Part shown: positions 9,687 to 19,761 of the stretch, one piece after another
Layout of the letters: the number at the start of each line of letters is the position of its first letter
How positions within the stretch are numbered: the first letter of the stretch is position 1
From: Euryarchaeota archaeon UBA558
GTDB taxonomy: Archaea > Thermoplasmatota > Poseidoniia > Poseidoniales > Thalassarchaeaceae
Length of the DNA stretch: 64,000 nt
Reading direction: 5' to 3'
NCBI GenBank assembly: GCA_002507175.1
Contig: DAZE01000012.1
Location: 91,353 to 155,352, forward strand
Notes under the pieces: generated by a model
Told to the model about the DNA's origin: nothing
What the model saw: only the letters and a program-made list of their open reading frames with translations
Databases searched by the model: none
Made by a program: the position numbers and the translations under genes

Positions 9687-10766
9687 ATGGAGGGGGCACT
9701 ATCCGGGGTCAGGGTACTTGACTTATCAAGGGTACTTGCAGGCCCATACGCCTCTCAGAACCTAGCGGATTTGGGGGCAGAGGTCCTGAAAATAGAGGCT
9801 CCATGGGGCGACGACACAAGATCATGGGGCCCCCCGTTCGCGAAAGACTTTGAAGGGAAGGACGTCGCAGCCTACTTTTTGTCCTGCAACAGAGGAAAGC
9901 AAATCATCAGGATGAACCTAAAAGAACAGACGAAGGAACTACAACATTTGATTTCACAAGCCGATGTAATAGTTGAAAACTTCCGTCCGGGAACGTTCGA
10001 CAGACTAGCCCCGGATTTGCCGGTGGACAAGATTCTATGCTCGATATCTGGATATGGGGCGACAGGGCCGAGAAGCTCTGAGCCTGGTTATGATCTGTCC
10101 CTGCAAGCCAGATCGGGGATTATGTCCATCACCGGGGAAGATGGTAGACCGCCAGTAAAAGTCGGGGTAGCGTGGATCGATGTGATAACAGGGCTCCAAG
10201 CCACATCCGCCATAATCGCCGCTCTTTTCCACAGAGAGAGAACGGGTTTAGGTCAACGTATCGACATCAGTTTATGGGATTGCGCGATTGCAGCCCTTGT
10301 CAATCAAGCGCAAAACCGAATTGCAACAGGTGAGGACCCGAGACCCATGGCAAGTGCGCACCCTAACCTTGTACCATACAGGGCCTTCGAAGCCTCTGAT
10401 GGGTGGTTCGTCATCGCTGTAGGGAGCGACGAGCAATGGCGACGTGCCTCAGCAGCGCTAGATTTACCGAACAACAAGCAATGGGAAAAAAATGCCGATA
10501 GGGTCGAAGATAGATCCAATCTCGAATCTCTTCTGGCGGGCATTTTCATCCGAGAGTCAAGAGATCATTGGGAACAAAAGTTGTCAGGACTGCCCTTCGC
10601 AGCCGTCAACACAGTTGGTCAAGCGCTGGAAGATGAGCAGTCCATCGCAAGGGGGGTGATTTGGACCGTTGATGGTGTTGAAACTTTAGCAAACCCCCTC
10701 AGAGGGATGTCCTTGACACCTGCTAGGCCCAAATCGCATGCAAGAACAAGTTTCCAATTGGATTGA
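9687..10766 (+). CDS. CoA-transferase family III (CaiB/BaiF-type) protein
   Basis: The N-terminus GVRVLDLSRVLAGPYASQNLADLGAEVLKIE..GDDTR is the hallmark of family III CoA transferases. Confidence 0.8.
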   Translation: MEGALSGVRVLDLSRVLAGPYASQNLADLGAEVLKIEAPWGDDTRSWGPPFAKDFEGKDVAAYFLSCNRGKQIIRMNLKEQTKELQHLISQADVIVENFRPGTFDRLAPDLPVDKILCSISGYGATGPRSSEPGYDLSLQARSGIMSITGEDGRPPVKVGVAWIDVITGLQATSAIIAALFHRERTGLGQRIDISLWDCAIAALVNQAQNRIATGEDPRPMASAHPNLVPYRAFEASDGWFVIAVGSDEQWRRASAALDLPNNKQWEKNADRVEDRSNLESLLAGIFIRESRDHWEQKLSGLPFAAVNTVGQALEDEQSIARGVIWTVDGVETLANPLRGMSLTPARPKSHARTSFQLD

Positions 10767-10825
10767 TATCGCTGTGCGATAATGGAATGTATATACATCG
10801 CCAGCGAGAATGCAAAGTTGTGTCC

Positions 10826-11095
10826 ATGAACTGGAATAAAGTGTGGAGATACATCCATCTCTCCTTTGGTATGATATTAGTCGTTTACCATGCCAGAATC
10901 GCATATTATTACAATGGGCTTTTTGGTGTAGAAACGCTTTGGTCCGAGGAAATCGACAAATTGGTTTCCGTATACTTCATCTTCCTCGTTATGTGGACTG
11001 GGTTGGCAAAGTGGCCATTATACCCGTATTACAAGAAGCGGCAAAACAAGAAGAAGAGACTCGCTAAATTGTCCAATACAAACCCAACCGAATGA
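10826..11095 (+). CDS. Hypothetical small membrane protein with a basic C-terminal tail
   Basis: The ORF opens at 10763. I prefer the ATG at 10826 (MNWNKVWRYIHL..). It has two hydrophobic helices followed by KKRQNKKKRLAK. Confidence 0.3.
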   Translation: MNWNKVWRYIHLSFGMILVVYHARIAYYYNGLFGVETLWSEEIDKLVSVYFIFLVMWTGLAKWPLYPYYKKRQNKKKRLAKLSNTNPTE

Positions 11096-11125
11096 GGTCT
11101 AAACCCTTCTATGGCAACCTGAAGT

Positions 11126-11776
11126 ATGGATCATATAGTCCGAATGTCACCTAGTTGCATGGGCCGACGCAATGCAATCGATCTTTTTGGCGAATGGGCA
11201 AGGAACGGAAGGGACGAGGGCATGGAAAAGGGCCATTTTGCAAGCGTCATGGAGATGTTTGGAATCGCTCGAACCAGGCTGCCATCGAAATTCTCCGCAA
11301 TAGATGTCGGTTGCGGGAATGGATGGGCAGTGAGGCAACTCCAGAACATCGATGGCTGCCAAGTGGCATCAGGAGTGGACGGCTCTTTGGACATGATAGA
11401 AAAGGCCAGGAAAATCCACCCAGTTGGGGACTACAAACATGGACAACTTCCAATTTGGATCCCAGACAAACAGTATGACTTTGTTGTGAGCATGGAATTC
11501 ATGTATTACCTGGAGGACCCCTTCTCTTTCATTGGCACTATTTACGATAAGTGGCTGACAACGAATGGATGCCTATCCTTCGGGATAGACCACTACTTTG
11601 AGAACACAGAGAGCTTATCGTGGCCATCGTCACTGGGGCTCAAGTTAGCGACAAAGTCAGAAAAAGAGTGGAAAAGGGCAATGCACAAGGCAGGGTTTAG
11701 TGGCGTGGAGTCATTCAGGGTTCAGAGAAGGGAGGGTTGGGAAGGAACGCTGGTAATCGTTGGAACCAAGAGTTAG
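11126..11776 (+). CDS. Class I SAM-dependent methyltransferase
   Basis: Motif I is present (AIDVGCGNGW), followed by the acidic post-I residue (GVDGS) and a typical Rossmann layout. Confidence 0.7.
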   Translation: MDHIVRMSPSCMGRRNAIDLFGEWARNGRDEGMEKGHFASVMEMFGIARTRLPSKFSAIDVGCGNGWAVRQLQNIDGCQVASGVDGSLDMIEKARKIHPVGDYKHGQLPIWIPDKQYDFVVSMEFMYYLEDPFSFIGTIYDKWLTTNGCLSFGIDHYFENTESLSWPSSLGLKLATKSEKEWKRAMHKAGFSGVESFRVQRREGWEGTLVIVGTKS

Positions 11777-11777
11777 A

Positions 11778-11969
11778 TCACTTGATTTTGAAATGAGAGT
11801 CCAATAATTCAAAGTTCAATCCTGCGTCCTTTGTGACCTGGAACAATGAATTGTCCTTTGTGTAGATTAGCAACTGGGTCTCATCTTCGGTGATCTGATA
11901 AGCGCAAATGGCCTTCATCTTGATCCTCGTTATTCCCCCTTCAGTGACTACTTTGATCCATTCTGACAT
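11778..11969 (-). CDS. Hypothetical small protein
   Basis: The ORF spans 11778..12029. I prefer the internal ATG (MSEWIKVV..). I recognise no motif. Confidence 0.25.
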   Translation of the reverse strand: MSEWIKVVTEGGITRIKMKAICAYQITEDETQLLIYTKDNSLFQVTKDAGLNFELLDSHFKIK

Positions 11970-12025
11970 ACTCTCAGCGCAAAATGACCCGCCTTTAAGG
12001 CCTGTGATGACCGATAGACTGAGGA

Positions 12026-13351
12026 TCATTTCCTTTTATGACTGTTGGATTTGGTTTTCTTGAAATTTCTTCTTTGTCGCCTACCCCTCTTATTGCCACT
12101 TTTTCTACCCGACGAGCTACTCGCTTTCGAAGATCCTTGGCTCCGGTCCTTGTCATGAAACCTTTTCTTTTTTCGATTTTTTTCCCGATTATTTCGCACG
12201 GGATTAATACCATTCCCCGATGCAATGAGTTCTGGCATTGGCTCGGTGATCTCACATGATATTCCAACCTGCTTCTGTATCCTCTTGTAGTACCTTTGTT
12301 GTGATTTCTGTACCAATGACACAACAATCCCCGTCATCCCAGCTCTCGCCGTTCTCCCACTCCTGTGTTTGTACGCTTTCCCATTTTCCGGAGGATCATA
12401 ATGCAACACGCAATTCACGCCTTGTATGTCAATTCCTCTCGAAGCAACATCGGTAGCGATTAGCGTTCGAACCTTTTGGGCGCTGAACTTTCTCATGGAC
12501 CTGTCCCTCTGCTTTTGGTTCATGCCGCCATGAAGGACGGCCACTGAGGCACCCATCTCTGCAAGTTGCTTGCCAAGTTTATTTGATCCGGCACGAGTTT
12601 TGCAAAAGACAATGCTAGGACTACAGTTCTGAGTGACGTATTCTGATAGGGCCAACTTGTTGCTTGAATTGACCCTCCAGAATATGTGGTCCATTGAATC
12701 CATACTCACTTCCTCGGGGCCTATTTCTATGACCACGGGATCTCTCTGATATGACTCAACTAATTCTGCGACCTCATCATCTAGGGTAGCGCTGAACAAG
12801 ATGGTCTGTCGATTCCGACTGCATGCGTCTAATATTTCACAAACTGGCTCCATGAATCCCATGTCTGCCATCCTGTCTGCCTCGTCCAGTACAACGATAT
12901 CGACATTTTCCAAGTACAGAGCCCGCTTTTCAACTAAATCTAGGAGCCTCCCCGGGCATGCCACAACAATCTCTGCGCCCTTCGCGAGTTTGCTTATCTG
13001 GCCCTTGTATGGTGTTCCGCCATAAATCGACATTATCCTGTGCCCCAATGACTTTGCGAGTGGGTCTAAAACGGCCCTGATCTGTTCTGCCAGTTCTCTA
13101 GTGGGGGTGAGGACCAATGATGTAGGCTTCTTCGGCTCAGCATCGGAACACCTTGATAGCAAAGGCAGCCCAAAAGCAAGCGTCTTTCCAGATCCTGTCG
13201 GCGCCCTGCAGCACACATCTCTGCCCAAGAGAGAATCAGGTATCGACTCTCGTTGAACTTCGAAAGGTTCCACTATCCCCTCTCTTCGAAGTGCTTTGAC
13301 CAAACGAGGTTCGACCCCTATGTCTGAAAATCGAACCAACTTATTCCTCAT
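12026..13351 (-). CDS. DEAD-box ATP-dependent RNA helicase with a Lys/Arg-rich C-terminal tail
   Basis: A Q-motif region is present (FEVQRESIP). The helicase motifs are also present: motif I APTGSGKT, PTRELA, DEAD (VLDEADRM), SAT, and HRSGRTARAG. The ORF opens at 13483, but that start would overlap the upstream gene, so I prefer the ATG at 13351 (MRNKLVRFSD). Confidence 0.9.
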   Translation of the reverse strand: MRNKLVRFSDIGVEPRLVKALRREGIVEPFEVQRESIPDSLLGRDVCCRAPTGSGKTLAFGLPLLSRCSDAEPKKPTSLVLTPTRELAEQIRAVLDPLAKSLGHRIMSIYGGTPYKGQISKLAKGAEIVVACPGRLLDLVEKRALYLENVDIVVLDEADRMADMGFMEPVCEILDACSRNRQTILFSATLDDEVAELVESYQRDPVVIEIGPEEVSMDSMDHIFWRVNSSNKLALSEYVTQNCSPSIVFCKTRAGSNKLGKQLAEMGASVAVLHGGMNQKQRDRSMRKFSAQKVRTLIATDVASRGIDIQGVNCVLHYDPPENGKAYKHRSGRTARAGMTGIVVSLVQKSQQRYYKRIQKQVGISCEITEPMPELIASGNGINPVRNNREKNRKKKRFHDKDRSQGSSKASSSSGRKSGNKRGRRQRRNFKKTKSNSHKRK

Positions 13352-13422
13352 CCTCACGCGCCCCCTCCTCGTATTTAGTATGCGACAGTCTTCAAGCGGC
13401 GTGGCACATGAATGGTATGAGA

Positions 13423-14157
13423 TCAATTCAAAGCGGCATATAGGTAGTAAAATCCACTGAGTATTATCCCCAAGGTGACGCAATTGTGAATGAATGCCGA
13501 CTTAAGGGATTCAAGCCATTTTTTCCCAAGCCTGACCCCTAGGATCGCAGAGATTACCAGCACAAAGGAGATGCCTATCTCCCCAATGATTGCATCGGGT
13601 CGGAACATTAGATAGACTGGGATCCTCGCGAGGTCAACACATAATGCCAGGATACTCGCAGTCGCAGCATACCCCATTTTCTCCGGCAGACGTCTTGAGA
13701 GAAACATGGCTCGAATCGCTCCTTGATGCCCGGACAGACCTCCCATGAAACCAGATCCGAATCCCCCGATCCTGTCATTAGCCTCGGGAATCCTGTATCC
13801 AGTCCATGTTTCCGAGAGCGTCAGAACGGGGAGGATCACGAGGAAAACTCCCATCAAGCCCAACAATGGCTTTTGTGGGACCATGCCCTGCAAGCCAGCA
13901 CCCAATATCGAACCGACCACGAGCCAAGTCCCATATCTCTTGAACGCTGAGAATTCGATGCTCTCCCACATGGAGATGGTTTTCGCCCCGTTGTGCGCGG
14001 CATGGACCAAGGCCACTACCGCAATAGCCTCGTGAGGCGGCATAACGAGGAGCACGAGGGGCGTGAGTATTGTGGAGAGTCCAAACCCAGCCGGGACTGT
14101 CAATGCCGCTGCAATGAACGAACCCAATGCGATCAGAGCCATCAATTCAAGTGACAA
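13423..14157 (-). CDS. TSUP (TauE/SafE) family membrane transporter
   Basis: The 244-aa ORF is polytopic. It has a duplicated 4-TM pattern with PAGFGLSTILTPL and GGFGSGFMGGLSG motifs. Confidence 0.65.
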   Translation of the reverse strand: MSLELMALIALGSFIAAALTVPAGFGLSTILTPLVLLVMPPHEAIAVVALVHAAHNGAKTISMWESIEFSAFKRYGTWLVVGSILGAGLQGMVPQKPLLGLMGVFLVILPVLTLSETWTGYRIPEANDRIGGFGSGFMGGLSGHQGAIRAMFLSRRLPEKMGYAATASILALCVDLARIPVYLMFRPDAIIGEIGISFVLVISAILGVRLGKKWLESLKSAFIHNCVTLGIILSGFYYLYAALN

Positions 14158-14210
14158 AAAACCCCCTCTTTCATTTTCGGCCAGATGGATTTCTTGTTTT
14201 GCTATTTACA

Positions 14211-15614
14211 TTAAATATATTCGTTAGGCAATAGGGTCTCCACTGCAAACAAAGGATCAGGGTCGCTGGAGTCGTGATAAGCAATTACTGAGCCACCATC
14301 AGGAAGGATGCCCATAGAGGCGAAATCGAAACGAATGTCATTTCCAGCTCCACTTGTGGAGTCGAGATCCCCTAGGCCGAGACTGGTCCATGTGTCCGGG
14401 AGCAGCGAATCCGAGTAACCTCTGACATGCCACGAGATATCGATGTCGGGACCATCTGAGGATTGATACCTGACATTAAGGACGAATAGATCGTGAACTC
14501 CGTTAGAGTGGAACTCCCATTCTTCCAATTCCGTAGCCTTGTCAGAGAGATCGTAGGTTTGGTTGATCCAATTATTGCCACCGTCTGTTGACACCATATG
14601 AGTCAGGGAGACACCCTCTGCTACCACACAATGGAGCGTGCCACTTGAGTCAAAAGCGCAATATTGGGATGGCAGGGACTCGCCTTGCGACGTCACACCA
14701 GTCCACCAATTGAGTGAGGTGTCCAAGTAGGCATCGCTACCATCGATGAAATAATTTGGAAAGTAGAGCCCTCCAGATGGTACTGGAAACGCTCTCATTT
14801 CCTTGTGTGGCTTCGTGTAATCCCATTCTACGCCGAGGGGCCCAGGGAAAAGATCGACCTCGATTGATTCCAAGTTAGAATCCCGATCTGGGAAGCTGAA
14901 ATAGTCATAGTTCAATCCATCGGTCGATATTTGGCCACCCACATTTTGCACTTGATGCCAGAAGTTTGAGATGACTAAACTAGCATATAGCCCATTTCCG
15001 TATATGCCCCCATTGATCGGCCCTATCACCTCGACCTGCCAGGATCGGTCGTAGAATGGTTCTGGAGTCCTGTTGAAACACCAACTCCATTCATCATCAT
15101 CAGAGTCGTAGAAGAAAGCGTAGAATTGGTCAGCCCCAGATGTAGACGGATATGGAAACCACCCCATAGCGATTAAATCACCATTGGTCGCCTGTACTAT
15201 GCTGCCCTCCCCCAGCCCTTCTTGGCCCGGAATGGTGGGTTTAGGCTCCAAGCACCCAAGTTGTGAGAAAACAGATGGTTGGTATTCCTGCCATGTCCTG
15301 CCTCTGTCATCCGACCAAGTTGGATATTCTCCCCCAAAATTAAGGATCCAACCCTCTTTTGTCATGGCCAAGTAGTGCTCACAACAATTACCTCCTTCCT
15401 CATTGCCAAACACAGCCCAGTTGGACTCCCCCGCCGTTTGATTTTCGAAGGCTATGCCTACTGAGAAATTTCGAACATCGTCTAGACCGTCTAGGGGAAT
15501 CTGAACCATCCCTTGACTCCATTCGACATTGGCTTCGGTTTGGTCGGAGCCCTGTCCCATGCATCCGGACAAAACCATTCCGGATAGAATGAGGGCCACG
15601 CTCCACTTGCTCAT
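14211..15614 (-). CDS. Secreted lipoprotein with BNR/Asp-box repeats (sialidase-like beta-propeller)
   Basis: A signal peptide and lipobox are present (LILSGMVLSGC). Asp-box motifs (SxDxGxTW) are present: SDDRGRTW and STDGGNNW. A GTG at 15623 is possible, but I prefer the ATG at 15614. Confidence 0.6.
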   Translation of the reverse strand: MSKWSVALILSGMVLSGCMGQGSDQTEANVEWSQGMVQIPLDGLDDVRNFSVGIAFENQTAGESNWAVFGNEEGGNCCEHYLAMTKEGWILNFGGEYPTWSDDRGRTWQEYQPSVFSQLGCLEPKPTIPGQEGLGEGSIVQATNGDLIAMGWFPYPSTSGADQFYAFFYDSDDDEWSWCFNRTPEPFYDRSWQVEVIGPINGGIYGNGLYASLVISNFWHQVQNVGGQISTDGLNYDYFSFPDRDSNLESIEVDLFPGPLGVEWDYTKPHKEMRAFPVPSGGLYFPNYFIDGSDAYLDTSLNWWTGVTSQGESLPSQYCAFDSSGTLHCVVAEGVSLTHMVSTDGGNNWINQTYDLSDKATELEEWEFHSNGVHDLFVLNVRYQSSDGPDIDISWHVRGYSDSLLPDTWTSLGLGDLDSTSGAGNDIRFDFASMGILPDGGSVIAYHDSSDPDPLFAVETLLPNEYI

Positions 15615-15644
15615 TGACCACACGATCAGTTGGTATCATATGGA

Positions 15645-15678
15645 AATTTGGTTGCTCAAATAATTTGGTTGTTCAAAT
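15645..15678. promoter_or_regulatory. Two tandem 17-bp operator-like units (AATTTGGTTGYTCAAAT x2), each an ATTTG-N6-CAAAT inverted repeat, in a divergent promoter
   Basis: Read directly from the sequence: 15645-15661 is aatttggttgctcaaat and 15662-15678 is aatttggttgttcaaat, with 1 mismatch. An A/T-rich TATA-like run, aaataaaaataaaata, follows at 15676-15690. Confidence 0.5.
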
Positions 15679-15732
15679 AAAAATAAAATATGTTTGAGGT
15701 GGATTGATATCCTTGTTCGAACCCATGAAGCC

Positions 15733-18309
15733 ATGAGAACAAGAGCCGCAGTGCTCGCTACGATGTTGATACTCATTTATTCGCCAATATCATCAACAGC
15801 AGAAGAACATCAAGAGGGCATCATAATCACCGAAATCTACGTGTCCCCAAACAATGCTGATTATGGAGGAGTCGATTGGAATGGGGATGGAGAAATAGGA
15901 CGTTATTCAAATCAATTTATCGAGATATACAACTCTGGAGAATCCCCCGTAGACATTGGGGGATGGTGGATCGATGATGCCGTTTCTGATGGATCGCCAT
16001 CTTGCTCAATAGGATTCGAGACAGTCGTCCAACCAGGAGACTACGTCACATTCTTTCGCGCTCAAACGGGCATAGAACTTGATTACTTCGAGGGCGATGT
16101 GGTGACAATTTCAGACAGCTCACGGTCTGTGGTTGACTCCGTGGGGTACTTTGGGCCCGAAACTTGGATGGACTCTAATTACGACATTGGAAACTCTTCG
16201 TATGGTATACCATTCGGATTGAATTCAGATGGAACATGGTCTGAAGTAGAATCCGGCCCAACCCCCGGGGGGCCGAATGGTGAACCTTGGCAGGGCACCA
16301 ACCATTTGCAGGGTTCATGCTACACCGTGCGTGATGACACTCATTCGGGGTCATATGTGCTGCAAGGAAGAGTGGTCACAATGGAATCACAGGACTCCAT
16401 ACTTGAACAAGGGAACATTCTGGTTTCGGACGGGCTTATCACAGCAGTGTGGGAAAGCGGGGAATCTCCTCCCGAAGAAGCAATTGGAGCGCCAGTAATC
16501 CAGACAAGTGGGACAATATACCCCGGTTTTATTGATCCACACAACCACGCGAAGTACAATTTGATCCCTTTATGGGATCATGGTACCGATGGATGGGACA
16601 ACAGGTACCAATGGCAATCGTATTCAGGGTATTCAGATGCAAAAGATATCGGATGTTCTATCTCAGACCCAATGGCCATGCGATTCGCAGAATTGAGAGC
16701 TATTGTTGGTGGAAACACTGCCATTCAGGGAAGTGCAAATACAAACACGGACTCATTTGACTCGATATTAACCAGAAACATCGAACTTTACAATTTCAAC
16801 AAAGATTTCATTCACACCAAGGTCACGGAACTTGAATCTGATTACTCGGGCAACCACATAAAGACCGGCAACTCGTCTAGTTCCTTGGACGCATGGTTCC
16901 TACATCTCGCTGAAGGCATAGACGAGTCGAGCAGGGCCGAATTTGACATTCTCGTCCAGAATGAGCTCCTCGTTGGGGAAATTGTGATTGTGCACGGAAC
17001 TGCCCTGACTCAACAGGAATTCTCAATGCTAGCCGAAGCGGGTGGAAGCCTAGCATGGTCTCCCACATCGAATCTACTTCTATACGGCCAGACAACCGAC
17101 ATAGCCTCTGCCAAGGAGGAGGGCGTGAACATCATGATCGGCCCAGACTGGGGTCCATCTGGATCGAAAAGTTCGATGCATGAACTGAAGACAGCAGACT
17201 GGTGGAATCGAAACGTCCTTGAAAATACATTCACAGATTTTGAGTTAGTCCAAGCTATCTCGACAAACATCGTCGATGCAATTGGTTGGTCTGACTACAC
17301 TGGAAGGATCAAGGCCGGCTTGGCGGCAGATCTTGTGGTCCTTGACACGTTCGTACAAGACCCTTACAGAAATGTGATTCTTGCAACTGACCCAGACGTC
17401 AGACTCGTAACCGTAGGGGGGCTTCCGGTCTATGGCGATGTTGACATAATGAATTTGATGACGGATGAACCTGAGATAATTCATGGCACCGGCTTTTCTA
17501 AGGCAGTTGACATAACCTATGAGGGAGTACCCGACGCAAATCTAAATTACTCCGAGATGATGGAAAACCTTCGGGAATGCAACGAAGGAAAACCAGTCCC
17601 GTTGGAACACCTCTTCACAATGGGGGACGAGCGTTATTTCGACGTGCTGAACCGGTCGATTACATTCCAGATGGGGAGGAACATCGACCTTTGGGGCGAT
17701 TATTACGACATCACATTGGATTCGAATGGGCATAGGTCCGGGGGTTCGGTCTCCATGGCAGGGCCCTTGGATTCAAATTCCTCAAACCAAGTCGTCCCGA
17801 CAGAGGATAACAATCAGGATTTTTCACTGCCTCAGATCCTTCAAACCTACGGCCCAATAAGTGCTACAGTTCCGCACCCTGTAGAAATTACAGAGGGGAT
17901 ACATCTAGAGGAGTGCAGATCCGATTCTTCAATCCTCGGCATCGAGGGCGTCCCAGAGGTTCCAGAGGGCAGACAACTTGTGTGCGGTTCGATCTATATC
18001 TGGACAACTCATGGAAGCGATTGTCTCGAAACTAGTTCTGGAGACTTCTGTCAACTCGAGATCTCCAGTGCAATTGCCATCCCCAGTCATTTCTGCTCTG
18101 AGAACAACTCCCCCGAAGGCGTAATTTGCAGGGATGCTTGGGCTTTCCATGTTCCTCCAGCTGAAGCAACAGAACCTCCCGCTGCTGAGTCCATGTCAGA
18201 GGAAAATGGTATATCTGGGCCACTTTATTGGATAGCAGTGGTTGGTTTACTAGGCCTGATAATCAGCTCTGCGACGGTTGTAATCACCAGTTGGAACAAA
18301 AGGACCTAG
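15733..18309 (+). CDS. Secreted, C-terminally membrane-anchored lamin-tail-domain / amidohydrolase fusion protein
   Basis: The signal peptide is MRTRAAVLATMLILIYSPISS. An LTD-like segment follows (ITEIYVSPNNADYGG...FIEIYNSG..PVDIGGWWIDD). The metal-dependent amidohydrolase HxH motif is present (PGFIDPHNHAKYN). A Cys-rich stalk and a C-terminal TM helix close the protein (LYWIAVVGLLGLIISSATVVI). The ORF opens at a TTG at 15694, but I prefer the ATG at 15733. Confidence 0.65.
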   Translation: MRTRAAVLATMLILIYSPISSTAEEHQEGIIITEIYVSPNNADYGGVDWNGDGEIGRYSNQFIEIYNSGESPVDIGGWWIDDAVSDGSPSCSIGFETVVQPGDYVTFFRAQTGIELDYFEGDVVTISDSSRSVVDSVGYFGPETWMDSNYDIGNSSYGIPFGLNSDGTWSEVESGPTPGGPNGEPWQGTNHLQGSCYTVRDDTHSGSYVLQGRVVTMESQDSILEQGNILVSDGLITAVWESGESPPEEAIGAPVIQTSGTIYPGFIDPHNHAKYNLIPLWDHGTDGWDNRYQWQSYSGYSDAKDIGCSISDPMAMRFAELRAIVGGNTAIQGSANTNTDSFDSILTRNIELYNFNKDFIHTKVTELESDYSGNHIKTGNSSSSLDAWFLHLAEGIDESSRAEFDILVQNELLVGEIVIVHGTALTQQEFSMLAEAGGSLAWSPTSNLLLYGQTTDIASAKEEGVNIMIGPDWGPSGSKSSMHELKTADWWNRNVLENTFTDFELVQAISTNIVDAIGWSDYTGRIKAGLAADLVVLDTFVQDPYRNVILATDPDVRLVTVGGLPVYGDVDIMNLMTDEPEIIHGTGFSKAVDITYEGVPDANLNYSEMMENLRECNEGKPVPLEHLFTMGDERYFDVLNRSITFQMGRNIDLWGDYYDITLDSNGHRSGGSVSMAGPLDSNSSNQVVPTEDNNQDFSLPQILQTYGPISATVPHPVEITEGIHLEECRSDSSILGIEGVPEVPEGRQLVCGSIYIWTTHGSDCLETSSGDFCQLEISSAIAIPSHFCSENNSPEGVICRDAWAFHVPPAEATEPPAAESMSEENGISGPLYWIAVVGLLGLIISSATVVITSWNKRT

Positions 18310-19739
18310 ACCTCAGAATAATCCCATGTAGTACCATCGGGCGTGTCCTGAATGGATACCCCCAACCCCAACAATTGATCCCTGATGTTATCGGCTTCTG
18401 CCCAGTTCTTGGTCGATCTGGCTCTATCCCTTTTTTCGATTAATGCCTTTACTTCGTCCATAATGATGGAGATTTTCGAATCCCTTTCGGCCATCTTGTT
18501 TGCAAAGAAGTCTGAATCAGGTATGATTCCCAGTACACTCCCGGCAAACTCCAAAAGCCATCCTACACAAGAGTTGGAGAGTGATTCATCGCCGGCCGAA
18601 TTCGCACGGTTGAGTATTCTGACTACTGATTGAGTTTCCGCGATGGCAACTCTTGTATTCAGATCGTCATTCATTCCTGATACCAATTTTTTCTCTGCCT
18701 CCGTTAGAATATCATTCCCTTCCCAGGATGCTGCTGTCGCTGGCCCGCCAGCTTCCATGATTGCGCCAATTAACCTAGCGTGATTTTTTTTGGCGTCATC
18801 TAAGAGAACCTGATTGAAATCAATTGGTTGCCTGTATGGAGCGTTGATTAATGCATACCTCAATACTAAAGATCCCACTGCATCGATTGCTTCAGCTATC
18901 GTCCAGAAATTGCCCAACGACTTCGACATTTTTTCGCCGTCGATGTTTATCATTCCGTTGTGCATCCAATGCCGTGCAAATGGCTTGATTCCATGGCAAC
19001 ATTCTGATTGGAATATTTCTGCCTCGTGATGCGGAAACATGAGGTCTGATCCTCCTCCATGAATGTCAACCTGCTCCCCAAAATGATCGAATACCATTGC
19101 TGAGCATTCTATGTGCCAACCCGGCCTACCAGCACCATAGGGACTTTCCCACGAGGGTTCATCCGGCTTGGCGAATTTCCAGAGGGCAAAATCTCTGTGA
19201 TCTCTCTTCCCGAGACCAGTCCTGGCGACTCGCCCCCCCGCGCCAGAGCGGACCATATCGAGGGTTTGGCCTGTTAACGCTCCGTATTTCTCTGGGGCGG
19301 TATCTATCTCGAAATACACCCCGTCATCGGCGACGTATGCATTGCCTTTTTCTACTAATTTCTCAATCATTCCGATTATGCTCTCGATGCTTTCAGTAAC
19401 TCGGGGGTAAGCATCGGCTTTCCGGACGTTCAACGCTTTCATGGACTCAACGTAGCTATCTATGTGTCTGTTTGAGATTTCTGTGAAGTCAACTCCCTCT
19501 TCTTTCGCTGCATCAATAATCGTATCTGATATATCAGTGAAATTTGTCACATACCTCGTATCAATCTGGTTAAAATTCAGCCATCTAACTAGCGTGTCAA
19601 ACGCGATGGCCTGTCGAGCGTGACCAATGTGGCTGGGAGAATATGGTGTAATCCCGCATGCGTATATGGTGATCTCATCGCCAGAGTAAGAGACCTCTCT
19701 TTTTCGCCGTGAAGCAGTGTCATATAGCCTCAAGATCAC
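18306..19739 (-). CDS. cysS: Cysteinyl-tRNA synthetase
   Basis: It has a HIGH motif (SPSHIGHARQ), KMSKS, and WHIECS. The apparent start is a GTG. Confidence 0.92.
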   Translation of the reverse strand: MILRLYDTASRRKREVSYSGDEITIYACGITPYSPSHIGHARQAIAFDTLVRWLNFNQIDTRYVTNFTDISDTIIDAAKEEGVDFTEISNRHIDSYVESMKALNVRKADAYPRVTESIESIIGMIEKLVEKGNAYVADDGVYFEIDTAPEKYGALTGQTLDMVRSGAGGRVARTGLGKRDHRDFALWKFAKPDEPSWESPYGAGRPGWHIECSAMVFDHFGEQVDIHGGGSDLMFPHHEAEIFQSECCHGIKPFARHWMHNGMINIDGEKMSKSLGNFWTIAEAIDAVGSLVLRYALINAPYRQPIDFNQVLLDDAKKNHARLIGAIMEAGGPATAASWEGNDILTEAEKKLVSGMNDDLNTRVAIAETQSVVRILNRANSAGDESLSNSCVGWLLEFAGSVLGIIPDSDFFANKMAERDSKISIIMDEVKALIEKRDRARSTKNWAEADNIRDQLLGLGVSIQDTPDGTTWDYSEV

Positions 19740-19761
19740 AATAACCGCCTCTGGACTCCGG

